Notes: generated by a model not told the origin, from the letters alone. A stretch of DNA of 63,857 bases, filler included, from Choristocarpus tenellus KU-1152 (GCA_964200185.2; 9 parts of 9 records of this genome joined end to end with filler, not necessarily neighbours in it), one strand, 5' to 3'. Shown: positions 1 through 13,248, counted from the whole stretch's first letter. Numbers and translations are program-made.

Positions 1-22
1 CCCCCCCCAAATACTTTGGGTC
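1..22. mobile_element. MITE family B terminal fragment
   Basis: Poly-C followed by AAATACTTTGGGTC matches the family B right TIR (C)nAGATACTTTGRNYC. Confidence 0.7.
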
Positions 23-504
23 TTTAAGTCTAACAGGAGGTCTGCACTTCAGAAAACCTCATTTGGCTTGGCAAGGATTGTGTGCTTCAGAGACTCGGGC
101 CCTCATGAGTGAGTCTTAGTCAGCAGGTGACAACATTGCATGAACGGGAAATAATGGAATGAGAATGGAGAGACAACAATGCGCATGTTCTCCGGGTCAA
201 GATGACCCCTTCTACTGTCAAACTCATCCTTAAATGTGAGATTCTCGCGCAGCCCGCTGCACCCGCGCCAACCGCGCGCGTGGACTATTTATATTTAAGT
301 ATTGTCCTATATTTCTCACGATTACCGCGAGTTGACCAACCAAGACCCATCGAACAAGGTTAAGCATGATTATGCTATTACAACAAACGAATTTTATTTT
401 AAAATTTTGTTTTTTTTTGCTCACGAATTCTGCATTATTATTGTTTTATTCGATGTTTGCATTCCTCCCTATTCCCTTTCCTCCCCACATTCTATCAACC
501 CTTC

Positions 505-712
505 TGACCAACCAGTGCGACCTCTTCGCTACTGATTTCCAGTCACCCCCTACATCTGATGGCCAGCCAGTGCGACCTCTTCGCCACTGACTTCCAGTCA
601 CCCCCCACCTCTAATAACCAGCCAGTGCGACCCCTTCCGTCACTGATTTCCAGTCACCCTCCACATCCGATGAACAGTCAGTGCGACCCCTTCGCCACTG
701 ATTTCCGATCAC
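505..712. repeat. Tandem repeat, 4 copies of a ~55-bp unit
   Basis: Core CAGTGCGACCYCTTCGCYACTGAYTTCCAGTCAC recurs at about 512, 567, 622 and 678 (spacing 55, 55, 56). The intervening bases are also homologous. Confidence 0.9.
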
Positions 713-2484
713 TACGGCACCCTTCAACCTCACTCAACCCCACACCAGTTACCACTCCATCACACCATTGAACACCACTCAATTCCACCCCACTTACCAC
801 TCCAAAATCATCCAAGAACACCCCTTCATCATCCCCTTCATACTATGCCTTTGAGCTAGAAGACATCTACCCCGCCTAAACTTGACCTCCCCTCCCACCC
901 TGAGATCCAAGTCGGCCGTGAGCAAGTGACAGGGTGGTTGGGCGGGAAAGTTTGCTTGGGGGTCGTCTTGATCTAGCCCTCCTCGTCCTGCCACCCCAGT
1001 CTCAGGTTTCCTCTTCGATTCAATATTGTCCATTCCTTCTCCACTCCTGCCTCCGCCTGCTAACCATTTTCTTAGCTTCACCCCTCCCTCTCTCAACCAC
1101 TCAGTATTCAGCTCTTCGTTCCCTTTTTGCTAATTCTTATTTCTTTCCTGTCCCCTCCCTTCCCCTGTGCCCCCAACCAACCAGGATGCTTCCACCCACA
1201 AAACTCGAATTACTTCATACACTTTCCTGTTGATCAAACGTTATGGCACGAATAAAGTTGATGCAGGAGGGGACTGCCAACACTGTATAGAAAAAAATAG
1301 TACAACCAAAAAATCTGCACAATAAATAGAAAAAAGACCACCAAAGACCAAACACTCAGTGCAGCTACAGAGGGTAAGGAAAAGAGTCCTGTTGTGTGTA
1401 ATCAACCCACCATCATCCAATGTTTGGGATAAAACGTCATTGATATCATCGTGCATTGGCAGGTTCCCTGGGAAAAAGGGGAATATTTGATGAAATATAG
1501 AATGGTTGCGGTTGAATACAATGTATAGCTATAAACTTGAAGTGTTCCTTCCAGCCATTACCGCTCTTCTTACCGTGCCAGAAAGTATATATATATATAT
1601 TCATTCCCACTCCATTTGGACGCCTGTTACGATGGTTTTGTTACCCTGTAAGTCCTGTGATAACTTCGGTTTGCGAGAGAGGGTACTACTCTACTGTGAG
1701 AGAGGTTAACCATCGATGGTGCAAGTATTTAGTAGAGACAAGCGCGGTTCTGTTGCACATTAGTGACAAAGTTTCACAAATGTTCGCAAAAAACGACAAA
1801 CGAGCATAATATCAATCAAAATGACCCATTTACCACAATTGAATATATATCCGATCCTCAAATGTCAACAAGTTCCAGGGACTGTGAACGATGTCTTTTC
1901 GGGAGTTGACAATGAATGGCGAACCTTGCCTTTTCCATCCCGTAGGTAATCACGAGAAAGACAATACAAACAGATCTTGCCGGCTTCCTGGAAAGCCACA
2001 CCGGTATAATCTACACAGAGTATCCTAGAGGGGGTCCTATTGTTGATAAGGGTGACTGCAACTGCTTTCAAGATTACGTTACATGCCCCTATATACCCCA
2101 ATCCAATGACAAAATAGTAATCTATATTTTTACTCCTTTACTTCCAAAGACTGGTCATAGAGAGGTCATCTGAGTTTGGTAAAAAAAAATGGGGTGTTCG
2201 ACATGACATCTATATGCTCCCTCAACAGCAATAGGCCCATAAACCACCCCCCTTTTGGATTCTTTGTCGTAGTACTGTTCAAATAAGGAGCGATATAGGG
2301 CAGAACCAGCACCATACATCAATTGGGCATCATTACCCGCCGTTAGTGTTACCATTGTGGGGAGGATTTAACTCTGCATTGAGCTAGACAAAAGTTTCTC
2401 ACCTCTTGAACAATTACCTATAATCTTAATCTCTCCAATGGACAAAGGCAAAAGCATTACGTTGCGTAGAGTAAAATATAACCA

Positions 2485-2744
2485 GAGCCAAAGTATCTTA
2501 GACGGTAGGGCCGCGTCCATTTGGGGGCAAAATTCCAATGATGCGATTTTGATTAATTTTTTTGGATATTGTGTATGTTAGGAAGTGTCAATATCCTTGT
2601 TCCGGACAGATCTTTTCATAACGTATACAATTTGCCTACTGGAAACATTTTGGAGTAGGAAAATGTAACAAAAAACCTCATAGGAAGCCAAGTCCCAAAT
2701 TGACAAACAGGGCAAAACTCATACCCTCTAAGATACTTTCACTC
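2485..2744 (+). mobile_element. MITE family A (~260 bp, Sola2-like)
   Basis: TIRs GAGCCAAAGTATCTTAGACGGTA ... TACCCTCTAAGATACTTTCACTC. Homologous to 10 other copies in the window. No TSD retained in this copy. Confidence 0.9.
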
Positions 2745-3809
2745 GTGTTGCTGCAGCGCCATCATAATATCATTACAAAGACGCGCGCAGAAAAACAAAA
2801 CCCCCCACCTCTCAACTTCCATATTATCTGGGGAGAGGATCTCAGTGCCATACCTTCATCATGATTTAGAAATCAAATCAACAGGGAGTCATTTGCCTCC
2901 ACATATCTCGCCGATTACCCCACATTGCGTTTGCCTATCTTAGCTCAATCAACACCTGGTGGGGCGGCCACCCCTGCAGGGAAAACTACCCTCCTCACTG
3001 CATAGACAGGAGCGGCTAGCATCTACAGGTGATCAAAACAGTACGTGCACACTGGGTAGGTTCTTGCAAAGAAGTGCAGTCTGATCTAGAACTAGTACTT
3101 CACTACCCTACCCTCCTTGACTGTACGCAAAATGTCATCCTCTCTTTCCCATTTCTTATGATTTACCCTCCTCCCCGCCCAATTCCTATGGATTCGTAAT
3201 GACAGAATGCATCCTAGATGTGGTATAAATATTGACTCTTGTTTATGTGATGAGTGGTGTTGTAAATCGCAATGATTGGATCGGTTCGATTTGATTACAT
3301 AGCAGTTTAATCGAAACCGATATTCTTGGAACCGAAGATTTGGATATTTCGTATTTGTCACCTGTGGAAGGGTAGAGAATATTTAGACCATAAACATTTT
3401 TTAGGACTGGAAATTATGACATGAGTGCGTTAAGGTACTCTGAAGACGCTGAGGGTGGGTTCCTGCAGGAGTACAACGTAGACGTTGGTCCATCTGACGT
3501 ATTTTCCCTTCCATGTGTGGAGGATTACCGCAAGGAAGGTTGAGGGTTAGATTGTGTGGGATGTGCCTCGAATGTTGTTGATCTGACAGCCGACGAAGAG
3601 AAAGAGAAGCCCACGAAGATATGACAGCCAATAAAGCCCCATGGGACAAGGACTGATATCTGACCTTTCTTTAGTGTGTGCACGAGGGGGAGAACTGTAT
3701 TGTGTCATTTCTCGTTCACATTTGTTTCTCTGCTTTATACCCCTCCAATATTCCCATCTTCAGAGCTGCCTTCCCACCGCCCATCTCGTATCCTTTTTGT
3801 CCTTTCGCT

Positions 3810-4330
3810 ATATCAAGGTGATAAGTCTGGTAAAGAATTATCTGGAGTCCATCATGGAGGCACAGATGGCTATCAAGGGTGACACATATGTGACAGTGTC
3901 CCTAGTCATCCCCATTATCTACGATCAATGAGTGAACTTGGAGAAAGCACTGCAAGTCTGTAGCATCTTCAAAGCTACCACCCCTCAACAGGTGGAAGGG
4001 GAAAATGTTGTACGTGAACGTATTGAAGTGATGTGACTGATTTTGTGAAACACTTCGGGAGATACAAGCAGGAACATTGCCCAGTACTCTTGAGTGTGAG
4101 AAAAAGCAGCCGAGAGGATTTATATGGAAGCAGGTCGTGGGTACTAGCTTTGCCTCAAAACCAAAATCCTTCATGGTATTCCATAAAATGAGCATGAGGA
4201 TATTTGGAGGCAAGTGGAGTTGGAAGTGTTGGGTGTTGTGGAGGAGGAGCACAGAGAACAGGAGTCAGAGAATAGTCCTGTTGCTGGACCAAGCCCACAT
4301 AAACATACTACCCATATTGAAGGGGGGGTA
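3810..4330 (+). pseudogene. hAT-superfamily transposase remnant
   Basis: Peptide LESIMEAQMAIKGDTYVTVSLVIPII resembles the hAT motif LEPFxEAxxxLEGxxYVTxSxxxP. Downstream QPRGF segment present. Stops and frameshifts. Confidence 0.6.
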
Positions 4331-4399
4331 GTCAGTCCACCCAGAAAAAACACAAGGGGATTGTAAGAGCCTCAATTGAAATGTGTGGGGGAGGTTCAG

Positions 4400-4499
4400 N
4401 NNNNNNNNNNNNNNNNNNNNNNNNNNNNNNNNNNNNNNNNNNNTTAATTAATTAANNNNNNNNNNNNNNNNNNNNNNNNNNNNNNNNNNNNNNNNNNNN
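4400..4499. other. Artificial contig linker N44-TTAATTAATTAA-N44 (also at 9989-10088, 13411-13510, 17560-17659, 25060-25159, 31740-31839, 53736-53835, 60220-60319)
   Basis: Identical 100-nt structure with a six-frame stop 12-mer occurs eight times. A separate 10-N gap lies at 40943-40952. Confidence 0.98.
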
Positions 4500-4624
4500 G
4501 TGTGTCCGAAACATAGATATTGACAATTCCTAACAAACACGATAGCCAAAATTGCATCAAAATCACAACATTGGATTTTGACCCCCAAATAGACGCAGCT
4601 CTACTCCCTAAGATACTTTGGCTC
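4500..4624 (-). mobile_element. MITE family A, partial (cut by linker)
   Basis: Ends in CTAAGATACTTTGGCTC and carries family A internal sequence. Confidence 0.88.
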
Positions 4625-4710
4625 ATGTACAAACCTCACTGTGAGCAACACATTTCATGACACCTCCATTTTTTTGTTGGAAATTCCGCGCAACTGTGAT
4701 TCCAATGCAC

Positions 4711-4770
4711 AATGCAGTTTGATAATGTAATGCAGTTTGATAGTGTAGTGCAGTTTGATAATGTAATGCA
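4711..4770. repeat. 18-bp tandem repeat, about 3.3 copies
   Basis: AATGCAGTTTGATAATGT repeated. Confidence 0.9.
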
Positions 4771-5277
4771 AAGTTGACCCCAAGTACAGTCCACACCATG
4801 GTGTGTGGTGGATATCTAATGTGTAGTTTTGAGGAAAGACTAAAGCAAGATACCACAATTCCCTAAATCACAGTGGTTGCAGGGTAAAGCACAAAACTAC
4901 AAGTAGAATCATTAAAATACGTTTTTACTGCACAGGTCTCAATGTGATGCCTTGCTAGTCTTGCCACCACACTACAAACGATGTGCCAGGATGTTTACAT
5001 TATGTACATACTAGAGTACGTATGCACTGCTGAGTTTGAAGTACTGTTCCTGCGATACTTGAAACCCCTCCCATGATGCCAGGAGAGGTTTTTCTCTCTT
5101 TCCAATGATTCACCAAGACACACTCTGCCTTGAAACTGCTACGATGCACAACGCATACATTCCACAGCAATCAGAACAGGCACCCTTTCACCCCTGCCTA
5201 CCATGACAATTAACTTGCTTTCAGCCACCTAATTCCCACATCGACCCTTTTACATCGACCCTTTTACATCATCCCAC

Positions 5278-8200
5278 CTCCTTCATAATCTCAGACTCGC
5301 TTCCCTCCACAGCAGAGAGCTTGCAGAGGGCCTCAACACACTCCCTTTTCAGACCTCGGTTATTGGAAGATATAGCCAGCGCTATGACTGCTGCTCCACC
5401 CCCCTCTTCAAGAATGCGTTTTCGTAGGCTGGCCTCAGAGGCAAGACTGTTAAAGGCCTGCTCAAGGGAATAGCAGAAGGGGGCCAATACAAATATTGCC
5501 ATATAATTGATCAGTATTTTCCTTAAATTGACTTACTACTTTTGAGCGCCGCAGATTTAATCATATATATATATATATTACTATTATACTAAGTGTGTGA
5601 GGGTCATCCTTTCTCAGAGGGGGATCTATTTCGACCCGTTTGAGAATTTAAGGGCTCAAATAAACTTCCACCTGACACCCCGTTCTCACGCCTAAAGTGT
5701 AGGTGACCTCCCTTAGAAGGCTATTGCTGTAGAAGAGACAATGAACATCTGTCCAAATTAGTACAAAATCGCCCTTCAGAGTGCTAGAAGCTCATGTACT
5801 AGAGGGCAGTCACAGGGTTCCCAAACAGTCAGCAACACTCCCCTCTAAGACAGGATTGAACTCAAAGAGTTATAACCTGTACCAAGTACCAGCCTTCCTG
5901 TTACATGCTTGGAAAATGAATGCACTGTGATTCCAGTTACCCAAAGGATAGCACCCAACGCCTGATATCTATTAGTGAGAGCTTGTTTACTTTCTGAAGA
6001 TTGAAGCAAATGGTGAGGCCTCACTAAGTGTGCCTTGATCTGCATTAGATGCTAGATTATCTCAACCTGTATCCTGTTTACTTGTTACACATAATATCTC
6101 TGCCAAGTACTTAGAATTACTAAATCCAATCCAGGCAATGTGTCTACCAGGCAAACCCTCATGTACAACAAGAATTATGGGCAAGACTAGGATACTACAG
6201 ATAATGCTAGGGAACGAGACAGAAGATAATTGCACTACCTTGATCAAGGAAGGTCACCTGTGCAACTCCCCAAAATCTCTATCACATCCTGTGTGATTAA
6301 TATCAAGGGGTTGGCAAAGTTAACACCCTCAGCAACCAAGACAGGCAGAGTCAAATTATCTTAGAGGGTAGAGCCGCGTCCAATTGGGGGCCAAAATCCA
6401 ATGTTGTGATTTTGATGAAATATTGACTTTCATGTTTGTTAGGAAGCGTCAATATCCTTGTTTCAGACACACCTCTTCATAACCCACACATTTTTACCTA
6501 CTCCAAAACTGTTTCGGAGTAGGTAAAATGTCATTTTAAAAAACCTGTGGGAAGTCAAGCCCCAAAAGGACAAACTGGGCAAAACTCGTACCCTCCAAGG
6601 TACTTTCACTCGGCAAGTATTTAAGACTCTTGCTTTGAAATCCACCAATTAGGCCTGTCTTAATCGGGATCTGTTTTTCTCTTGAGATTAGTGAGCCCTA
6701 GCATCTTAGAGGAGGTTGATTTGGACCATTATTGTTTCAAGGAACTCATAAAATATTCTGTTTGACATCCCCATTACCATGTCCAAAATGCAGCTACGCT
6801 CCACCAGGAGACTGTGACTGTAGAAGGGTCAAAGTATCTGGGGGAGGGAGTGGTTTGTAAGGGGGCGTCCGTTTCGGTCAAACAATTCTTTTATGGCTGA
6901 CATTTCAAATCCGACACGTGCGACCAAATCACACCAAAAAAGTAAAAATCGAAAGAAGGATGAAAAAAGGACACCGACAACCCCCCCCCCAGAAACTTTG
7001 ACCCAGAAGAAAAGATTAATAGTTATCCACACAGGTATGACATCGACCCAGAAAACTAGGATCCACGTATTCCAGAAGGCAGTCACAAAGGCACCTCATA
7101 CTCAACGGCATTACTCCCTGGGATACTATGGCTCAATAGTACAACTTGCTTGTTACAGCTACCATCCATTTCAAGAAAATGTATTTCACCGCTCCTTATG
7201 ATATATACTGCATGTACCTGAGCACAAGAACTGCGGGTCCTGGTCTCTCCACTTCGAGAAAGCTTTGTCAAGGCTACTATCCCGCCCTTGTCCACTACCT
7301 CCACTCTCTTGCTTGACTTTCCACAGAGGGTGGACAGGGAAATGGCCAAACGGCGCCTGCGCTCTTCTCCAGCAGCCCGGTGGGCCTTCATGTTGCGTGG
7401 GTGGGTAGGTCAGCTGTATATTGATTGAGGTTTTGAACCCTTTATATTTTCTGGGAAGCACAAGTTACTCGAAATGAAGTTAATCTCACAGGGGGGATAT
7501 AAGGAGGGTGATGCGATAGGAGACCCGAAGTACTACAGACCACACTTTACTGTTGCGTCAACAAATATGATAGCAAAAGGACTACGGTCAGCAAGGCTGA
7601 CTCGAAGTTCTGACCAAACTACTGCAGAAACTATTTTGCCGCGAGGTGCCTCCCACTCCCTGACAGACCTCCCTTTTCGGTTCAAGGAGAGAGGTGTCTC
7701 TCTGCCCGGATACGTGAACTATGTAGAACAGAGTACCCAGCACCATGACACAAATATTTGTAATTCTAGGTTGGGGAATTAATTGAGGGACCACACGCAA
7801 TGTTGTCTGAGAATGTCCCCCATTATCTTCCTACTGTTTATGGAGTTTGTGTTGTCCTGAACCCTCCGGTGGTATGGTGACGAGAGTTCTGATGCACGCA
7901 CCTCTTCCTCAGCCAATATCGGTACCCGCTCCTGACTTCCCTGCGTGTTTTGCAACATCGTCTTGGGATCGTCTGCCATATCCCTACGACTATTCTTCGG
8001 GTCCCTGGTGGGGTCCATACGACTGAGGTACAGCATACCTTCCGTGTTGTCCATCCTTCCGAATAGGTCACCCTGGAAGGAAGGTGAGCAAAGTGATAGG
8101 TAGAGAAAGTCATTTAGAGTGTCAGGCGAGGAAAAGATTTTATTTCGGTGCATGTATGTCTGAGACCTTTTCTGTCAGATTTGAAGGCCTAGGGAAGTTG

Positions 8201-8496
8201 TTCCCCTCCCCTCCGAGTAAGCTACCTACCATGTATGGCTTAAATAACCCCTTCACAGCAGGGACACCATCTAATTGCTGATTCTGAGCTGTTGCGTCAT
8301 GTGATATTATCAGGTTCCCCAGAGTTTGTTTCCATTGTTGTCTCTTTGAGAATGTGGCGTCGTCTGATGAAGGAATCGGCCCACTCGACGAAGATGTTCC
8401 AGCCGTAGTTGTTTCCCTAGTGGTTCCGCGACTTCGCAGTGCCCCTCCTTGCAGGCTGCTTTGCCGTCCACCCGTTCCTGACATCGGTTTTCCCAT
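5278..8496 (-). CDS. Armadillo-repeat protein, 5' exons (continues beyond contig)
   Basis: Phase-compatible GT-AG exons 8496-8230, 8072-7797, 7385-7218 and 5457-5278. ARM-like peptides RRLAISLSTLCGKSSKRVEVVDKGGIVALTKL and RILEEGGGAAVIALA...KRECVEALCKLS. Confidence 0.8.
6348..6611 (+). mobile_element. MITE family A, intronic, TSD GGCA
   Basis: ggca|GAGTCAAATTATCTTAGAGGGTA ... TACTTTCACTC|ggca. Confidence 0.92.
6826..7004 (+). mobile_element. MITE family B (subtype B2), TSD AGAA
   Basis: agaa|GGGTCAAAGTATCTGGGG ... (C)nAGAAACTTTGACCC|agaa. Confidence 0.92.
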
Positions 8497-9442
8497 AGTC
8501 AATTTTCACCTCAATCGAAGCTCCCTGTCTCTCTCCCTACCACAGTTTCTTCAAGTAGGGGTCTACCTGGGTTGGTCGATGCGGCATGATCCTGAAACGG
8601 TACAAAACACACACCATTCCTAAAAGTCTGTACAAAATTATGAAATATTTATTTTGTATTATAAATAATATTCGGTGACATCATTCTAACACGTCCCAAA
8701 TTCGTAGTTAAAATGGAAGGTAGAGGGAGACATAATCGAATGGAAACGTGTTCAGACCCAAAGAAGCACCGTTTGACCTCGTAGTCACTCAGAACAATGT
8801 GGAAGTAATTGGTGGAGAGTCTTCTTGCTTGTTTGACACTGACGGGATCAAACGTCCTTCTTATATTCCTTACTCAATAATAATAATGGAGAGCACTTAC
8901 TTGGTGGTCGAGTGACAACATTGACATGTTAGCTTCTTTTGTAATTAGATTATTTTCTAACTGCAAGCAACATGCATCTCTCTCCTCTTTCAAACTAACC
9001 ACAAATTAGTCTTCCTCTTTCACAAATTGTTCTCCTTCCTTACCCAATACTGCCCAACAATTCAGATTCATGTTACCAAGGGAGACATCGCGGAATAGAC
9101 CTTGCTTGGAATCCTTGCTGGAATCACACAAAAAAAAAATTGGACACTACCCTCTCTGGTGCCGCACCCCTTCAACAACAGTACGACCTGGCATCACACA
9201 CCGACTAGACGATCTCACCAAAATAGAACGTACCAAATTGGATTGCCCTGTATCTGTCGATAATTGTTTATTATGCTGATCAAAATATATACTTTTCCTT
9301 AAAATAGAAGCACGACAGCCTGTTCTACGTCTAGTCTTCCAAATCCGTCAAAGTTGGACATCGAGAATAACCCCATAAACACTCGGGAGGTAACCTGCGT
9401 ACAGCCCGTGGTATGGTCAATTTGGTTTCAATAACTATAAAC

Positions 9443-9586
9443 AACAGCTGATTTCAAAAATTGAGGAGGGAGCTTTTCATTGAGGATGAATAAAAAAACA
9501 ACATATCGACACTTTATCCCAGTCAATTTTGGGTGAAGCCCATCCTCAATGAAAAGCTCCCTCCTCAATTTTTGAAATCGGCTGTT
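9443..9586. mobile_element. Foldback MITE family C (internally deleted), TSD AAAC
   Basis: aaac|AACAGCTGATTTCAAAAATTGAGG ... CCTCAATTTTTGAAATCGGCTGTT|aaac. Confidence 0.9.
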
Positions 9587-10088
9587 AAACCCTCTACTGA
9601 TAAACATAGGTTAGTCCCCACCCTACAATAATATCAATGATACTCACTTGTAAGCTTAGTCCATCCGTTCACTATTCTTGTAGAAGGATATCTTCTTCTT
9701 TCGTGTTTAAAACAACTAATATAAAATAAAATGCTAAATTGAGATCCGATTCCGCTGGACTCTTCAACTGTATGACGAAAGTTAAGCCAAATGAAACTGA
9801 GATGATTGAAAGATACATACGTCAATTAAGACTAATCTCAGCACTCTCTGACATCGGACTAGAGAAAAGGAGAATCCTTAAACGAAGTAGGAGCGGGTTT
9901 CACTACAAATATGCCAACTCAGAGGGTCGAAAACGGACGCCGGCACCCCCCCCCCAGCCACCAAGACCCCAGCCTCACACCCAAACACNNNNNNNNNNNN
10001 NNNNNNNNNNNNNNNNNNNNNNNNNNNNNNNNTTAATTAATTAANNNNNNNNNNNNNNNNNNNNNNNNNNNNNNNNNNNNNNNNNNNN

Positions 10089-10190
10089 CACGTGTCGGAT
10101 TTTAAATGTCAGCAAAAAAAAGAGTTGTTTGACCGAAACGGCCCCCCCCCCCCAAACCCCCCCCCCCCCCCCCCCCAGATACTTTGACCC
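10089..10190 (-). mobile_element. MITE family B2, partial
   Basis: Reverse complement of the left half of the 6826 copy. Ends (C)nAGATACTTTGACCC. Confidence 0.85.
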
Positions 10191-10233
10191 TTGCTTGCTT
10201 GCTGATGGGGCTTTTCTTGTCCATTTATTTCAG

Positions 10234-10927
10234 GGACTGGACTGTAGTGAACCAGGTTCAACGGTGGGGTCACTGCCAATAAAACCTGGGTTCTGGAGGT
10301 CTAGCAATGAGTCGTTGGTGGTGAGGGAGTGCTTTGCAGAGGTGAGCACCACAGTTGCACATATCATTTGGTAGTGCTACTCTTGGCCTTACGTGTACTT
10401 GATTCGTTGTGCATTCTTCATGGTGCTTATGGTGCATTGGAGTTGCTGGGTATACAGTAGTGTTCTACTTGTATATGTGTCTAGTTCAACCTATTATTCT
10501 ATTCTTTGGTGTATTGTGGTACTAACATTTTAGGCTTACCATTTGATTTCTCTATGAGTGCATTTGTCACAAGTTGTCTTAAGTTTTGTTCAGTCAGTGA
10601 AAGAGGCATTATCAGTGTTTGTCATTTCTCCTTTGAACCTACTACAAATATAATAACAACAGTTTTCATACCCGTTTCTGCATGGTCATGATTCAATCTT
10701 AAGTGTTCGCCTCCTTTTGTAACACTAGTAGGTGCATGGCATGCCCTCAAAATATTTGAATCAACAAGAGACAGCATCGCCCCACCCTCATGCATCCTTT
10801 CCTCGACTTGTGGCTGTGTCTTTGCTCTTGTGTATGACGTGTGATGTATTAACACAGGAGGCCTGTGTTGGAAATGCATCAATAACGTCTGTCGAAGACT
10901 ACTGTGCAGTGGGATACAGTGGACCCT
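10234..10927 (+). CDS. Two internal exons of a Cys-rich membrane / adhesin-like (polymorphic-membrane-protein-type) protein
   Basis: Exons 10234-10341 (GLDCSEPGSTVGSLPIKPGFWRSSNESLVVRECFAE) and 10858-10927 (EACVGNASITSVEDYCAVGYSGP) with cag|...|gtgag junctions. The G[FY]WR..C..C..GYxGP pattern is typical of this stramenopile family. The rest of the gene was not found. Confidence 0.7.
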
Positions 10928-12728
10928 GTGAGACCCCCTTTCCTTCCCATCATTGATTGTGTCTGCGTGCTTGCACTTACTATTGTCAGGTGGTTGTAGG
11001 GGGGATGCGAGGTTGTTCGATCATGATGACGGTGGGACACGGAAAGATAGTTGTGCTGTAGGGAGGAGGGTACAGTAAGCAAGCTCCAGAAGTTAGAGAT
11101 AGGTGTTTTTTGTAAGATCAGAAAAATTGGGAGTTAAAAACTAGCCCTTGGTGGTGATTTGTTAGATAACCTTTTTCATTTTTCCTTTCTCAGATTCTTA
11201 TATTATCTACGCTATTATACTAACATATGTACACCATTTAAATTGTACCTAATGGGAATCCATCAAGAGCATTTTCTTGTTAGAGTAATTGGAAGTGCAA
11301 TGTTTTTTGTTTTGTCTTACTTCTGATCCCTTAGAACAGAATATTTCCCTCCACTAAACATTGTGTAAATTGGGCTAAGTAAAAAACAAATGCTCTTGCC
11401 GTTCATTGTGGGTGAGGAAGTGCTCTGGCCAGTCGTTGGGTGCTATCGGCTGATCAGCGGATGAATTGGGACGAACAGACGAACTTGATCTGAGAATATA
11501 ATGCGTTGTCCGTTAAGAGTATAAACTGCATTAGTTTGTCGGTATACACATTATAACCCTTCAGCCTTCATAAAAGTTGCACCTAAGGGTGTTTTGACAT
11601 GATCGCATCTATCTGCACCACTTACATGTTAGAGACTGCAATGGAATTATTTCTACCCCCAACATGGAAGGCTACCTTTTGAGGATGGTGTGCGAATGAT
11701 GCGAGGTTTGAGGGAATATTCTGGAGGAGTTACAAGTGAGGGAGGAGATTTAGATACAATTATGTGTTGAAACACAAAGCACACTCTCTAAAGGGATTTA
11801 ATGTGACACAGAAAATGGTTAAGCGTGTGATTCTCCAACGTGTAAGGACTTTTTTGGTACCTACATCGTGGAGATGGAAGAATGCATTTGACAAGGGAAT
11901 CAAACTCCTTTTTAACATTTTAAAACTTCAACGGAAGGGAGCAAACAGAACGGCTCCCCTTCCATTCGAGATGAGACAGGGAGGTTACTCCAGAGAACCA
12001 GGACCCTTCCTTGAGAAACGGATGATACAGTTCGAGGTCTTGCTGAATGTTCCCACTCCCTCAAATCATTGCCCACCTCACATGCTACTCGTTGACGAGC
12101 CTGCTATGAAAGGGGAAGTGAATGACTGCTTGCTGTGGCAAGCAGGAAAGCTCTGGGGCTGGATGACCTCAGAAAAGGTGAGGCTGAGACTTAATGAGAA
12201 CCCCCTTCTTGTGCAGGTATTCTACATCATACTTGCTGAGTGGCTGTCAGAGGAGGAAGCTCAAGTATATAATGATACTATGATAGAAAAGTTCAACACA
12301 AGGAGAAAGACCATGCTGAATGTGGCAAATACAGGGATATTTTGCTAGTGGCACACACAGGCAAGTGCTCCATAGAGTTGATGCATGGTGCTTGAGAGCC
12401 TATGTTCAGCTGGAGGGCACGCTACCTGAGGATCGAAATGGATTCTGCCCCTTGGTGATCGACCATGGACATGACGTTTGTGTTGAATGGCTTACAAGAG
12501 CTCAGGCTAGTGAAAAGGGTTCCCTTGTATGTGTACATCAATATTTTAACACATGCTCTGTCAATCGCGACCTTCACAAGAGTGTATTGGCCAAGTTTGG
12601 TGTGTGCCTACCAAGGTGGGTTTGGTCATTCAATCAATTCCACTTCGGAAGTGAGCTGTGTACAGATAGATATCAGGGAACGCATGGAACGATTTAAGGT
12701 TTGAACCAGGTCTTTGCCAAGGGTATGT

Positions 12729-12765
12729 GGGTCAACGTATCTGGGGGGGGGGGTGTCGGCGTTCA
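12729..12765. mobile_element. Isolated family B2 TIR fragment
   Basis: GGGTCAACGTATCTG(G)nTGTCGG matches the reverse complement of the B2 right end. Confidence 0.7.
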
Positions 12766-13248
12766 ACCTATTTTTACTGTAGCGGTTACCGTGGTGAACG
12801 AGAGGGTCAGTGCCAATGGAGATGTTCCTGAAGAAGATTATGTATACTTCAGGAAAGTGGACAAGAAATGGAAGGTCAAGGAAGGCGGAGAGCGGGAAAC
12901 GTCTCGGCAAGTTCTATGGTGCATAATTTATGTCGGCCCAAGAGAGAGAGCCTTGCTAAGATGATGGCCGTGATTGGAACAGTAAACGTTTTTATTGATC
13001 ATTTTGGAGGAGAAGACAAGACGATGTGGTTCCGGATCCTCCGTAAGCCAGAGACTGCAGGGCAAAGACACGAGTAGACTTACAAGTTTGCTTGTCTTGA
13101 GGCTTAATCAGTGCTATCTTCCATTGAAACCGCAATACCCAATGGACATTGAGACCCTTCACGAATATCGTAGAGAAGTCATTGCCCCAACACTTGGGTC
13201 GTCACTTGAACTGAAGATTCGGATGATCGAGGCCACAGTCACAAACAA

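Noticed and set aside
505-712. Regularly spaced repeats resembling a CRISPR array
   Set aside because: The spacers are homologous to each other, the repeats are diverged, there are no cas genes, and the context is eukaryotic.
9739-9930. Possible Copia gag (UBN2-like) fragment
   Set aside because: Only a vague resemblance (ETEMIERYIRQLRLISALSDIG), too short, and truncated by low-quality contig-end sequence.
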